Positions 1 through 12,256 of a DNA stretch of 64,000 nt are shown here, one piece after another. Position 1 is the stretch's first letter. Each line of letters starts with the position of its first letter. The notes under the pieces were generated by a model that worked only from the letters and a program-made list of their open reading frames with translations, was not told the DNA's origin and made no database searches. The stretch is from positions 1 through 64,000 of the forward strand of contig JALGPX010000027.1 in assembly GCA_023515795.1 (NCBI GenBank). Reading direction: 5' to 3'. Source of the stretch: Amoeboaphelidium occidentale. Taxonomy: Eukaryota. Made by a program: the position numbers and the translations under genes.

Positions 1-779
1 TAGGAACAGGAAACTCCTCCGGGATTCCTGTGATATGATTCCACCTGACTATGCGTATCTTCCTATCGACATCAATATTGTAGTAATTAACAAAAAGGTA
101 TTCGCCTTCACAGGCCAAAATATTAGCATAACCAAGAGTTATTTCATAAGTTTTCAACAAGTTTCCGAACAAATCAAACTTCTTGACCAAACCATCAAAA
201 CCGGCTGTGTAAACGAAAGAGCCGTTCACTTGAACATTACAGTAACTGTCATGCGCATCAAATTCCATTTCTATCCTTTTCGTTGCCATGTTGACTTTCC
301 TTACAAAGCCGGTTATTAAGCTACAGAAGACAAGGTCTAATTCAAAATGCCATGCACACACGTGACTGGTAGTACTGCTCCTTGAAGGTTTGATTTCTCT
401 TGCGATTTCTCCAGTGTCAAGATCCCATTGTTGGATTACACTGTCTGAAAAGTAGATCATCAAGTACTTGTCAACCACTTCAGCTCCGGAGATCAAGCCA
501 GTGCCATCGATCAGAGTATAAGAGGCTACAATGTAAGCTGATGAAGAAAATGAGACCTGTTATGGTTTTGACCAGAGCACCTGTATCGACATCAATGAAA
601 TGTATGTCGCTGTCCCAATAGCTGATCGACCAATTCTTATACATTCCTACCATTCGCATAGGAATATATTCAAAAGATGATTTCTTTGCAGACAGATACT
701 TCATAAAGTCATTGTCGGTACTGGAAACTGAGACCGCTGCACATATGCACAATATGATGGAGCTTAACTGAAACTTCAT
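1..779 (-). CDS. Secreted divergent WD40/beta-propeller protein, 5' part (runs off the left edge); possible divergent member of the receptor-kinase family
   Basis: Signal peptide MKFQLSSIILCICAAVSVSS. Removing a 31-nt GT-AG intron (526-556) gives an open frame to position 1 with WD-like units (SVIQQWDLDTGE, FDAHDSY..VYTAGFDGLVKKFD). Confidence 0.7.
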
Positions 780-1015
780 GATTGTTTGAACAAGTTTGAG
801 ATTTGCTACGGATTGTCGCTATCACAACTGCTAAGAATATCAGCAGAATATCGTCGCAATTGATATTGGTAATGAGTGAAGTTATTCAATGTGGAACCAG
901 GTTTAACTGTGATCGAACTATCACGATTTATCGACAGATGAGTGTCGCTGCTAATTTCGCCTCACAAAATCTTGCATAGAGAATCCATCCAGAGCGTATT
1001 CATGATCTATTTCAT

Positions 1016-1320
1016 TCAAGACATCTGATCATAACCACGAAACTTCCTGATTAAAACTTCATATGTCACGCAAGCGAAGGAGTACATATCATACTTCTTG
1101 AAATCAGTTCTAGTATAGTTCTTTGTCCAGAAGGCGGTAAATGCGTCGGGTGCGGCGCAATGAACAGAGAGTCCTCTCAAGTTGATAATATTGAACATGC
1201 GTGCAGCAACAATCGTTAAATTAAGAATTGTTACTTTATTATGATTGATTCTAGCTGTGCTTAAAAACTCAGAGTTTACAGATACAGTTTCCGATACTGT
1301 TCCACTTTTGGCTGTGTAAG
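1016..1320 (-). pseudogene. Remnant of a WD40-receptor kinase gene (kinase subdomains VIII-IX only)
   Basis: FNIINLRGLSVHCAAPDAF..TDFKKYDMYSFACVTYEVL closely matches the kinase ends of the intact paralogs. HCD/DFG are absent, and S/T-rich sequence is joined directly upstream. Confidence 0.75.
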
Positions 1321-1839
1321 ATTGTGCAGTTTAGGAGCTGCTTCTTGTGATGGCTATCCTAGTAGAGGTTGAAATTCAATCACTCTCGAACAAAGTAAAA
1401 CACTAGACTTTTGATCTGTTCTCTATCAACATTCATTTCAAGGCAGAGTTGAATCTTAATTGTACATAAGAACGACGAGAAGTCTTGTCTCGATGAAACA
1501 CAGCAACCCGTCTGTCTTTGTATCCAAATGGTGGAATGATCGTGACAACTCTAGATTTCACTTTAGACGAGCAATGTCGTTAAAACTTGCCTTGTTTCTT
1601 TTATACCGTTAAGCGAAATATCGTGATAATATCTTAAGTTTATGCGACTGAAGGTGATCTGACTCGCGAGATAATCAATTTATTGAGCGATGAAGTACAA
1701 CGCCATTCCCTTTGAACCAAATTTAGTCAAGGTACTACAAAAAGGTTTCAATATCTGTAAGACACAACATTTCACTAGGCTCGAATGAACTGTTGATCTC
1801 TATGACTCCAAGAGTCTGTTTCATTTCTATAACTCTTAT

Positions 1840-2392
1840 CAACTTGTCATGATTGAACTTTAATGGTTCAAGATTCTTAAGTAAGAGCAAGTCTCTCACT
1901 TAGGAAAAGTCTTTACTGCCAAGCAAAAATAAAAGTAGTTTACGGGGAGGTTCTTTTTAACTACTGTTCTTTCCCTTCACCCTCTGTGATCCAAATGATC
2001 AAATAGAGGTACCGTATCATACTACTACTATTCGATAGTTATTTATTTCAGCTACTCAAAGAGTAAGATCTGTCTTTTTTCTATCACCCTTATCCTAAGT
2101 AAAGGACGCGTTAGTGCACAACACAGTTGGGAGTGATTTTCGATATTTTACACTCTCCTCCAACGAGGTTCCAATCTGTGTCTTCACAGTCGTTGAGCTG
2201 GACGATGACTGAGGTAAAGCTGGAGGTGTTTAACGGTTGTTACAAGAAGTTTTTTACTCGGACAACTTAAGTTTTTTACTCCAGACCCGATATACTGGCC
2301 AGATCAAACATCTGGTTTCTGTGTTCGCAGCCTGTTGGAATTGTTACTTATGTACAAGCATATTTATTCAATAAACAACCTTACGCCCCTAA
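1840..2392 (+). mobile_element. Copy 1 of a structured element ending in CCCTAA; probable 5'-truncated 3' end of a telomere-targeting retroelement
   Basis: Colinear similarity to 10585-11147, with shared blocks acggggaggtt, gaggtaccgt, ctgtgtcttcacagt, ctgaggt, tactccag, gtgttcgcagc, tgttggaattg, tatttattcaata and tacgcccctaa. The retroelement identity is inferred. Confidence 0.55.
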
Positions 2393-2494
2393 TTGGTAAA
2401 TAATTTATGAACAGATTGCTTTCAGTTTTCGAGAAAAATCAAAGCTGTGTCGCAATGGTAAAGAATGTGCATGCAATCCGTCTCATCTAAACAA

Positions 2495-3754
2495 TTATTG
2501 TCTCAATTTCATTGCTGCATAAGAAACGGTAAGCTCTTCAACAGCGTCAGGTTCTGCTCGGTTATTATTTTTTTCCAAGAACTTTCTAAACACTGGTATA
2601 AGGTAACTGTGGCTTACCCATTTGAAGTACCATTCAATAGATTCTTTCTCTTCAACACTAAAATTTACTCCATTAGGGAAGAAAACTTTAAGCACATCAT
2701 CGTCAAACATGGACAGTGTAATTCTGGGGTTAAAGGGGATCCTTCGCCTCCATTTACTATCGCTAAACACATGAGTCCACGTAAGCACCATTTTAAAAAC
2801 ATGAGCAATCTCTTGAAAGTCGTAGCGGAATCCATCCCGGAACTCTAACCTTGCGCAGGCTGCAATAAGCGACCACAAAACAATATTCTTTAGATCATTT
2901 TTTCTGTGCTCAGAGAAAAAGTCCAACATGTGCTTCCAAATTATCCACCAATCGGTTTTATACTCCGTAGACCAGTAAACAATGTTATCCAATGATTTTC
3001 CCAGCGCTTCAATATCTGTCACACGAGTCAGAACCAAATCAAGGAAATAAAACCCCTTTTCGATAGACATGACGGCCTTCGCGATGTAACGCATTACTTT
3101 TGCAGCCAGAAGAGGGCTGCAGAATTTTAAAGACTTTTCGTAGTGCATAGATTTTAAAAAGTCTAATATGTCGATATAAGGCTGGAAATCAAAGTTGTCG
3201 TTATAGTCCCATGTATTTTTTAACAATTTGCTACACCATGTATGAAATAATTCGTCCTCTAAAGAATGCCAAAACCTTGGTTTCATCAAATCAGGTAGTC
3301 CTTGCTTAAACTCCTCTATGTGTTTGTTCAAGAATTTGATCGTTTCTGGGTTTGAAAATATATCGCCTTGAAAAATTCGCCGCCAAAAAGATAGGAAACA
3401 AAGTCCGGCTCCCTCTTGTGCACAACTTGAGGTCATTTCGCCCTGTTTCCAATTGAACCACCAATCGGACCAAACCTTCACTCTAAAATATGCCGCAAAT
3501 TCTTTTTCGTCTTCCAATAGACGCTTCCAAGTTTTCTCCCAATTATCAAACTCCGACTTATGCTTAAGAAGATAAATTATACAATCATCTTGTACAAAAT
3601 TTTTCAGCCATAAAATTTCAAACGTGGTGCCTTTTAGCATGGCAGAAATAGCCGAAGAAGTATCCTTAAAACACTGCACATCCTACTCGTCAAGAAATGA
3701 ACCAATTATTTGTATAATTCCTGGTGGAAGGTCAAGAAGATTTTTTCGAGTCAT
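2495..3754 (-). pseudogene. F-box protein pseudogene 2 (N-terminal F-box plus helical body)
   Basis: ATG at 3754 gives MTRKNLLDLPPGIIQIIGSFLDE*DVQCFKDTSSAI, an F-box motif with an in-frame TAG at 3683-3685, in frame with the 394-aa ORF. Confidence 0.65.
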
Positions 3755-3849
3755 CAAGAAGAATTTTAAAGATCATTCTGTATGTGCTGACTCACTGCAT
3801 TCAGCTAAGGTGAAAGCAGGAATAAATTTTCATGATCTTTCTTTTTATA

Positions 3850-5152
3850 ATTCTAAGCGTGCCGTCGGTATCACAAAATGTATTCAGTTGGGCCTCCTCG
3901 AGATTATTTCTGCCACTTCTGGTAAGGTTTATCTCTCAAGTTTTAAAAGCTCTTCATTGTTGTAAAGTTCATCACTCGATAATAAAAACCGCTCACAAGA
4001 CCCTTAAAAATCATTTGAGCATTTCATTAAAATCTCTTTTTTCGAGAAGATAAAGGCAGTGTTTATCCAAGTAAAGCCATTCTTCGCAATATTTTTTGTG
4101 ATTGTTTCGTCCACAAGGCATAAGACAAAAATGCAATCATACGTAAGTAAATGTTTCCTCTCTAAACCTGGGATGAATGATCTCCATTTATGGGAAGACT
4201 TCAAAATATCTAAATATATCTCAATAGATTCTTCTTTAATCACAATTTCAGAGAAATTCTTGAGAAACCAAGGCATAAAACAGTCATAAAATCTCAATAC
4301 TTGTATCTTCGTTTGCCGATTATCTCTTTCAGTAAAGCGTTGTATAATTTAGCAATAGTAAAGACTGTTTAAGGTGTTGTATTTTCAATTTGCCTGCCAA
4401 TGATTCCAAGTCTTGCACTATCGTGTAAATGTGATATAAAGTAATTGAGGCGCTGAAGAACTTCGTCACAATCAATTACAACCGTGGAAACATTTCTAAA
4501 CATGAAGATAACCATTTTATACACTACTTCTTCATGAATACGTAAATAACTGTTCTTTTTCGCGAACTCCAATACTTCTAGCCAGCTTTTTAACTCTTCT
4601 ACATTCTAAAATGAATAGCAACTCATACTCAAAAAATGTATAAAATCACAGGACAAAAGATCCTCAAAAGAGTGCTATTAATTTGTTTTTGCTAAGTCTA
4701 GATTATCCGCTCTTAGTTTGAAGATTTCTTTTTCTACATAGCCGATTGTGTTTGTTTCGCGAGTCTTAAAAAGTTTCCGGCAAAGCTCAGTAAATATTCT
4801 CCTCTGCTGTAAAACGGGCCGTTCTTTGTCGCATCCCGTCAAAGGATAATTGAAGATATCTTTTTCATAAAGATTATACTCCTTTTTCTCATAGAATCTC
4901 TGGGCAAATACATAGTTATCATCGTACAATCTCGAGATAAGCTCTTTCCAGCATGGAATCTGTTCGCGATGATAGTAAATCATCCTTATGGCGTTATAAT
5001 TATAGTATTTTTAAGTAATCATAATAGAACGAAATATCTGAGGTTATCGTGTTTATCACAGCGTTTGATTTCTGAAAGAGACACAGATAATCAAAGTCAA
5101 GATTCTGAGCAATAATTCGTATGATCTCCGGAGAAAGACTCAAGAGGGACAT
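3850..5152 (-). pseudogene. F-box protein pseudogene 1
   Basis: MSLLSLSPEIIRIIAQNLDFDYLCLFQKSN F-box motif, then a frameshift near 5005 into ...CWKELISRLY, several in-frame TAA/TAG stops (4675-4680, ~4607, 4369) and further frameshifts. The 3' end is approximate. Confidence 0.65.
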
Positions 5153-5220
5153 ATTCTGAAATGCTACTGGAAAGAAAAAGGTTTGAAATCGGTGAATCAT
5201 TGTTCTAATTGACCTTAATT

Positions 5221-8200
5221 TTAGTTCCATGGCATTCTTTGCTTAAGAAGTTCATAAATGACGCAAGCATATGAGTAGATATCGTATTTCTTGAAGTCCG
5301 CGCCAACATAGTTCTTTCTCCTGAAGTTCACAAATGATTCTGGCGCTGCGTAATGAACAGATAGACCACGAATGTTAATAACATTAAACGCCGTTGTCGC
5401 AATGATCTGGTCGGACAGTATCTGCGTGATTCCAAAATCAGTCAGGTAGCAAAAGAGAAGGTTTCCTTCGAGACGGATCAGAATATTTTGAGGCTTCAGA
5501 TCACAGTGAGCCAGGTAAAGACTGTGCATCACTTTCAATGCTTCGGAGATGTCCTTCATAGCCTTCAAAACAGCTCCCGATCCAAAACTATTCGCTTTTA
5601 TCCAGTCATGTAACGAGCCATCGGGATAATATTTTAGGATAATCGATAAAGGTTTCTCTGTGTAACCAACTATTGAGCAAAAATGAGGAAACGTGTTCAA
5701 CATAATCATGATTCCAACTTCTTGATAGAATGCGTCTTCTAATGACTTTGAGGTAGTTAAGATAATTTTCTGAACTACAACTTCTCCAAACTTTGCCCGA
5801 AGCGAAGCGTCCATTATCTTTGCAATATATAACTCGCCTCCTCCACCTTGAGTAATTTTTTTGACTTTGGCTATGAACGAAGCGTCAATCAAGTATGCAG
5901 CATGTTTTGATATTCCGATTACGGTATTAATGACAGTTTCTAGGTCAGAAATCATGTTGGTCTGACTCGCCTGTGAGCTTGCAATCAAAGAATCGGCCAT
6001 CCCCTTGTCTTTCGATCTGTTCAAAAGAAAGTAACATACAAGACTACCGGCAATCACTGCAGACAGAGCGATGATAATATATGTAATGATCAAGCCAATG
6101 CTGGAGTTAGTATTATCAAAAAGCAGCCTTTTTACCGCCTTCGTCCTTTTAGTAGCGGCATTTCGTAGGGTTGATTTAGTAACTAACCCAAACGAGAAGG
6201 GTTCTGAGGGAAGATTTGGGTTGAACACAAGAACCGAAAAATCTTCACTTCCAGCAAAAACAGAGTTGTTGTAGCATAGAACAGATGTTACAGGTTTTGA
6301 GAAGCCAAAATAAACATCTTCGTGTTTTCCTGTTGGAATGTTCCAACGTCGCACGGATAAGTCTGCACCAACGGAAAACAAAGTACCAGAACAAAAGGAG
6401 ACTGAATAAACACGACCTAAATGACCCAAAGCTGTAGCTGATATTCTTTTGTACACTTTAATTAAATTTCTTGTGTTCAAAGACCACTCAATGATCGTTT
6501 TGTCATCAGAAGTGGAGAAGAAGTGCTCATTAACAACCAACAGACTATTTACCTGAGAAACATGACCTTTTAGCTGAAAATACGGACGTTTGGTATCCAA
6601 ACTCCAAGTGTAAACAGCTCCCGATCTGGATCCTGCAATAATTTCATACTCTGTGACGGCAACACATGTTAAAGGAGCTTGTGAATCTGCGATTTTTGTC
6701 GGGATAAATTCATCATTCCAGGAAATAGAAATCAAAGTGCTTTCATCCTCGATAGCCACTAGAAAAATACTATTCAAAGCAAATCCTCTTATAGTTCCTG
6801 ATCTCGATTTCTGCAAAAGAGAGAAATCTTCTGTATTGTTGAGGGAAAACTCCATAATCAATCCATCAAGTCCAGAAGAAATTATGGAATCCTCGGTGAC
6901 TTGCAAAGTTGTCACATCCTTTTCATGCGCATTCAAAGTCTTCGTGAGTAGTGCAGATTCAATATTATAGATCAAAATCGTTCCTCTCCGTACTCCGACG
7001 AAGAGAAGATTTCCGTGGGCAGCCAATGTTGTCACAGAACTGTTTCTGTCCTCAAACGAAAAGGCTATCTTTCTGGTGGCTAAATTCCATTTCTTGATAG
7101 AACCATCGAAACCTGTTGAGTACATTACAAATAACTCATCAAAACATATAGAGTAGATAATGTCTAGATGGCCCTGATATGTTTCAAGAATTTGAAGTGT
7201 CGTGGGGTCTCTTGATCTGATTATGCTATCCGAATGCCCAGAAACAACACGATTCCTATTTGCAGTAATACAGAGGCAGGATATCGGCTCTAGATATTAA
7301 TCATGCAAAGTGAAAGCTTACCTCTAAGATAACCTATTTTTTCTTGAGATTCAACCGAGAATGCCTCCAAACCGCCACCAGTACATGAGATGATTGAATT
7401 TTGTTTTATCAGAATCGCAAAGACGTTATACAAAGCTGAGAGTTTAACGGATACAAAAAAACTTACTGTTGAAAACACCAATACTATCCTGAGTGGTGAC
7501 CTTCCAAGCTCGAATTGATTTATCGTTCGATCCAGAGTATAAAGTCTCCTCATTTAGAAAAACGGATTCCACAAAACTGGTATGTCCTTCAAAAACCATA
7601 TTTTGACTGCCAGAAACGATGTCCCATTGATAAATTGTTTCTTCATAACCACCAGCGTACAAGAATAATTGATCTGCTGCAATGCTTAGTATTGCACTCT
7701 TTGGACCTAAACGTCAATATCAAATGAATCTAGTACAGTACCTGTATACTTTCGGACAAACTGGAAATTGGGAAGCTCCCACTGATCTGCTGTTAAATCA
7801 GCACTTCCAGAGAAAAGACTGTTATTATACACAAAAAGACAACTTATTGGCCGAGATGCATTTGCAATTGTTGTTATGGGGTTCACACTGTCAAACGAAG
7901 CATCCCACATTCTGATTTCAGCATCTTCGCCTCCACTAATGACAAAGTTTGTCCAAGTAACAACTGCTCTGTTTTTCCTGCTGCGTCCAGAGTAAGTGAA
8001 CAACGGCTCTCCTGTGACTATATCCCATCTTATAGCAGTAGTATCAAAGGATCCCGAGAATAGTTCTCGCCCCACAACTGTAAGACTTTTTATGGCATTG
8101 TTATGAACATCAGGAAAACGGGTAAGTATCTGACCATTACTTATATTCCACTTCAAAATTCCTCGTTGTGCTCCTGCAGAATAAAGTTCTTCTCCGACAA

Positions 8201-8969
8201 CTAGAACCGCATAGATTCCGCCTTCGTGTCCTATGAAAATTCTGATTATGTCACCAGTGTTCACATTCCAGTAGATAATTGTAGCATCAGCAGAGCCAGA
8301 GAAGAGCATATATTGGTAAACATCGATTGCAACCACAGTATTTGTGTGCCCAACAAACGATAAATCAATTTCGCCAGTTGTAGCGACAAGTTTCAAAGCA
8401 TGTGGCGAATTTTGCTTTCCAATGTACAAGAAGTCTCCTCTTGCTACAATGCTTGAAATTTTACCATTGATATCTTTATCAAGTAAATGATCGATAAAAG
8501 CAGTGTGGTTACCTATTCGTTGGACAATTCGTCCCGAGACTAAGTCGACTTGCCTCACATTTGTATCTTCACCAGCGGTAAATAATTGATCATCTCGCAC
8601 AGAAATGCTTTGGACATAAGTACCTGATGATCTCAACCAGATCCTCTTCAAGATCGAGCCATAGTCTAGACTCCAAACGATGATCATATCATCATAGGCG
8701 GACGTTATCATTCTGGAATCATTAGTTACCACAAATGAGTTAACTATGTTCTCATGCGCTCTAAATGTTCTTTGTACCATTCCAGTTGAGATATCTTTCT
8801 GAATAATATCGTTTGAAGCTGTCAAGAGTAGCGAATCCTTGTAGACCACAACTGTATACACATTAGAAGCTCCATCTGGTAGAAGAAAGCTTTTATCATG
8901 CTCAAGGCCCAGGACCATGCATCCAAAGATAGCAGCCAACAGACATGTAAGTAGGTCGATAAGATTCAT
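5221..8969 (-). CDS. WD40-ectodomain receptor-like kinase A (~1203 aa; SP-WD40xn-TM-non-RD kinase)
   Basis: Signal peptide MNLIDLLTCLLAAIFGCMVLG, many GH..WD units, TM IGLIITYIIIALSAVIAGSLVCYFLL, and kinase motifs GGGG/VQK/FYQE/HCDLKPQN/DFG/APE. GT-AG introns at 8474-8512, 7707-7741, 7436-7466 and 7290-7321 give a 3612-nt CDS. Confidence 0.9.
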
Positions 8970-9241
8970 AACAAAGTTGTAAAGTTGAAACAAGAGCTGT
9001 TTGGCCGCAATCCGTTTAAAAGTTCGCCGAGGCCATCGCATCAACACAAAATAAATAAACCGTGTATTTAATTCAAAGTGCTTTGATGATCAGTACAAGT
9101 GGCTTACCGCGTCTGAGCTTTATCAAGAGGTTTTGGTAACGAAATGGGACAGACGAGTAGATCTCACTGATAAAGTTCGTCATATAAAGATACTAAAATT
9201 TATTCACTAACTCATAAAACATTCAGTTTAAACAGAGCTGA

Positions 9242-9761
9242 TTAACGGTGAGTCCAAACCCAGCCGTTAGTTGAAGCTTTTCTTGCCAAAATACTGTACT
9301 TGCCTTCCTTGTCTGGACACTTTTCCATGACTTCTCTTCCTGGAGGCACAGGTCTTCCTTCTAGCTTTCTCAAGCGCTCAAAGAAATCATAGGCACAATA
9401 ATAAACTTCGCTCTTAGCACCCTGGTATCCACCTTTATTTTCCAACAAGTTCATGAGAGCACGTGGAGTGAATCTTAATTCTTTCGCGAACGCAGTTCTA
9501 GTTGTAACATTTAGATGCTTGTGCAGAAAATCAAAAATCAATTTACGAACATCATCGCAGTTTAAATAAAACATCATTTGACTCTCGTCATATAATTCAT
9601 CCTCTGGCCAACTTGGTTCCTGAGCAGCAATCTGATCCAATAACTTTGTATAAGCAGCCTTTGCAGCAGGATCATTCTTTTTTTGGTTGTGCCGTTGAGG
9701 ATGAACCATTGCCACTCTCAACAGGACCACCAAGCGACGACTTTAAATTCTTCTTTGCCAT
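9242..9761 (-). CDS. DUF7726-like protein of unknown function, with an apparent 1-nt frameshift near the 5' end
   Basis: Motif series YLNCDDVRKLI..T.TAFAKEL..LLENKG..GAKSEVYYCAYDFFERLR.LEG.P. A natural-looking start MAKKNLKSS at 9761 joins the ORF only through an indel in an A7 run (9678-9684). Confidence 0.55.
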
Positions 9762-10584
9762 CTACCAACGCATGAAGAACGGAGCACCTTTTTCATACAC
9801 GCCATTCTCAACACCCCGCTTTGCACCGCGATAAGACATGAAACGACCGTATGAATTAGAATTGACACTAAGAAATGTTGGAGGTTCATTCAAAAATCTC
9901 TCATGGTGATACTAATAAATAAGTCAAGGAATCCTCTATTGAACCCGCGAGGCGACGAATCTGATATTTTACCGAGAGTTACACGAAGATCTGCTGAACG
10001 GGTATAAAAGACCAGCAGCTTAAATAATTTACTAAATAACCTGAGAATTATGTTGAAGATAATAAGATTTAACTGTTTCTGGGTCCCGTATCACTATTGT
10101 CGCAATGCAATTGGTTGTTATATTGTGTAATTAAAGTTTCAATTACTGGACATATTCCAGCAGGATGATCGCGTATTGGCGTTCATGGAAGATGCTGCCT
10201 TGTTTGAACCGTTATCGATGGTTGATCTTGCGGCATCATCTTCTTAAATCAGTGAAGTAACAGTTGTGAGAGGTCTGAACCGTTTGGGTACATGAAGGAT
10301 TGTACATCAGATCAAGGTTGACAACTTCTTTTAGATAAGCTTGAACCTTGTGCTTGACGACTAGTTGATAATAGAAACCTTTAACAGTATTAAGAACTAT
10401 TAAAGTCAGTTTGAGGACTAGCATCTTAACTTTTGAGAGCTGAAACACCTCCCAAAGTATACTGTCCTAGACCAAGCGCTTAATGACGGTGATTATAGTC
10501 TTTTTGACAACGCTGTGAGCGGTCTCGGATGGGTCAGCGACTTAACAGACCCAGAGGAAGAGCATGAAGAACTTTTTGATCCTC

Positions 10585-11147
10585 AATTACTTGTTACGCC
10601 AGAACTTCAAGAAGTTTTAGATTCTGAAATAAGCGACAACCCTTATTTAGAAGACACTTTACTCTGAAATGAAGACAACAGAGTAGCTCACGGGGAGGTT
10701 TCATCAACTACAGATCTTTCCCTCCATCCTCCATGATCCAACTGATCGGACGAGGTACCGTGATACACTGCTCAACCATAGTGTTTTAGTGCGGTGGTCT
10801 CAAGAGATACACCGATTTTTCACTATACCCTTTAATCCTCAATGGACGCCAATGTGGCACCACACAGATAGGGGAGTTTTTCGATATTTATCTCCCTCCT
10901 CCAATCGAGGTTCTATACTGTGTCTTCACAGTAGTCGCGCTGGACGGTTACTGAGGTGAAGCTGTGAGAGGTTTACAGTTGTCTAAAGCGATCTATAGGA
11001 CGCATTCAATTTGGTTTTTACTCCAGGACTGATATGGTGAACCGGACCAAAGGACGGCCATCGTGTTCGCAGCAATGTTGGAATTGGCACTTATTCATAA
11101 TGTATATTTATTCAATAGACAACTATACGCCCCTAAACCCTAACCCT
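10585..11147 (+). mobile_element. Copy 2 of the structured element, ending CCCTAAACCCTAACCCT
   Basis: Homologous to 1840-2392. It is preceded by a decayed plus-strand frame ending ...NPYLEDTLL* at 10667, and terminates in telomeric C-strand repeats at 11131-11147. Confidence 0.6.
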
Positions 11148-12256
11148 TTCACGATGTTTGTGCATCTAATCTCATGGTACACCTCCATTGTCGCTCATTC
11201 AGGCTGTTCTAAGCGATGAAACTCTTAAGAACCACTTGATTGACTTGTTTCAACGTCTTTCAACGCGTTTGAGGCATCATCACAGATGCAAGGATAGTCT
11301 AAGCCTCCTGCCGTTTTGCGCCATGCGTTAAAACTTGCTCAAATTAGAATGATTTTGAGATGGTATGCTTTCGATTCTATTTAACCGTGTGTCTCCATTA
11401 TCGGTATCCAATTTTACACTCTTTGACCTTCTGCGTATAATTATAGCTTTCAACTTTCTCTTAACTATGACGGTCATGTTGAGTGCTTTATCGAACTTTA
11501 ATGTTTGTTTCAGCTTCATTAGTCTGATCTTTTGTGTAAACCGTAAATCATAGTTTGGCTGAGGTTGTGAAACTATTCAGAATAGAAGAGATTCTCAGCG
11601 AAATCCCATGAACAGTTGCTGGCTAGATATTATTCAATTCGCCGGAAGTACTAATGTGATATCGGCACCCGATAAAGAGTTATTCTTTTAATGCTACGAT
11701 TCCGGCATATAATTTCAATCCAGTTCGGACCAGTCAGGACTTGGTTTTGATTATTAATCTCCCACTTCCTAGAAGAGCCTCGATCAAGCCTTTATCTAAA
11801 TATTCGACTTTAAGAATCCGCGTGAAAAGAGAAGTATATGAGAATACTGTCTAAAGATAATGAAACTATGGCATTCTTGCTCGTTTTAATCTAGAACAAG
11901 GATTGAAAAACGGCAACTACATGCTCATCAATTGTATTAAGCATAAAAACGTCAAAAGAGACCAGAACAGATGTATTTTGAGTCAAATCAATGGTAGTAG
12001 TGGTCTGTGGTGTATCTGAGTCAATTATAATGATATATGACATTATTTAATATATAATGACTAATTTTTGTTTTCTGACGGGAAGAAAACCAACTTTTAC
12101 AACCAAAGTTTTCATGTCATATCCAACAGGTTCTCGCTAAGATATAGTTGCAGGCTCTTCATTAACATGTGAGAAATAAACCCTATTTACTTCTTTGAGG
12201 TATAAATACGGAGCCACATCCATTTTATTGTAATTAAACCACCGAATAACATCTTT

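Noticed and set aside
10680..11147. Telomerase RNA or hammerhead ribozyme identity for the structured element
   Set aside because: The CCCTAA tract is terminal and variable, there are two dispersed copies, and no CUGANGA/GAAA core was found.
11328..11553. Short ORFs on both strands
   Set aside because: No recognisable motifs.
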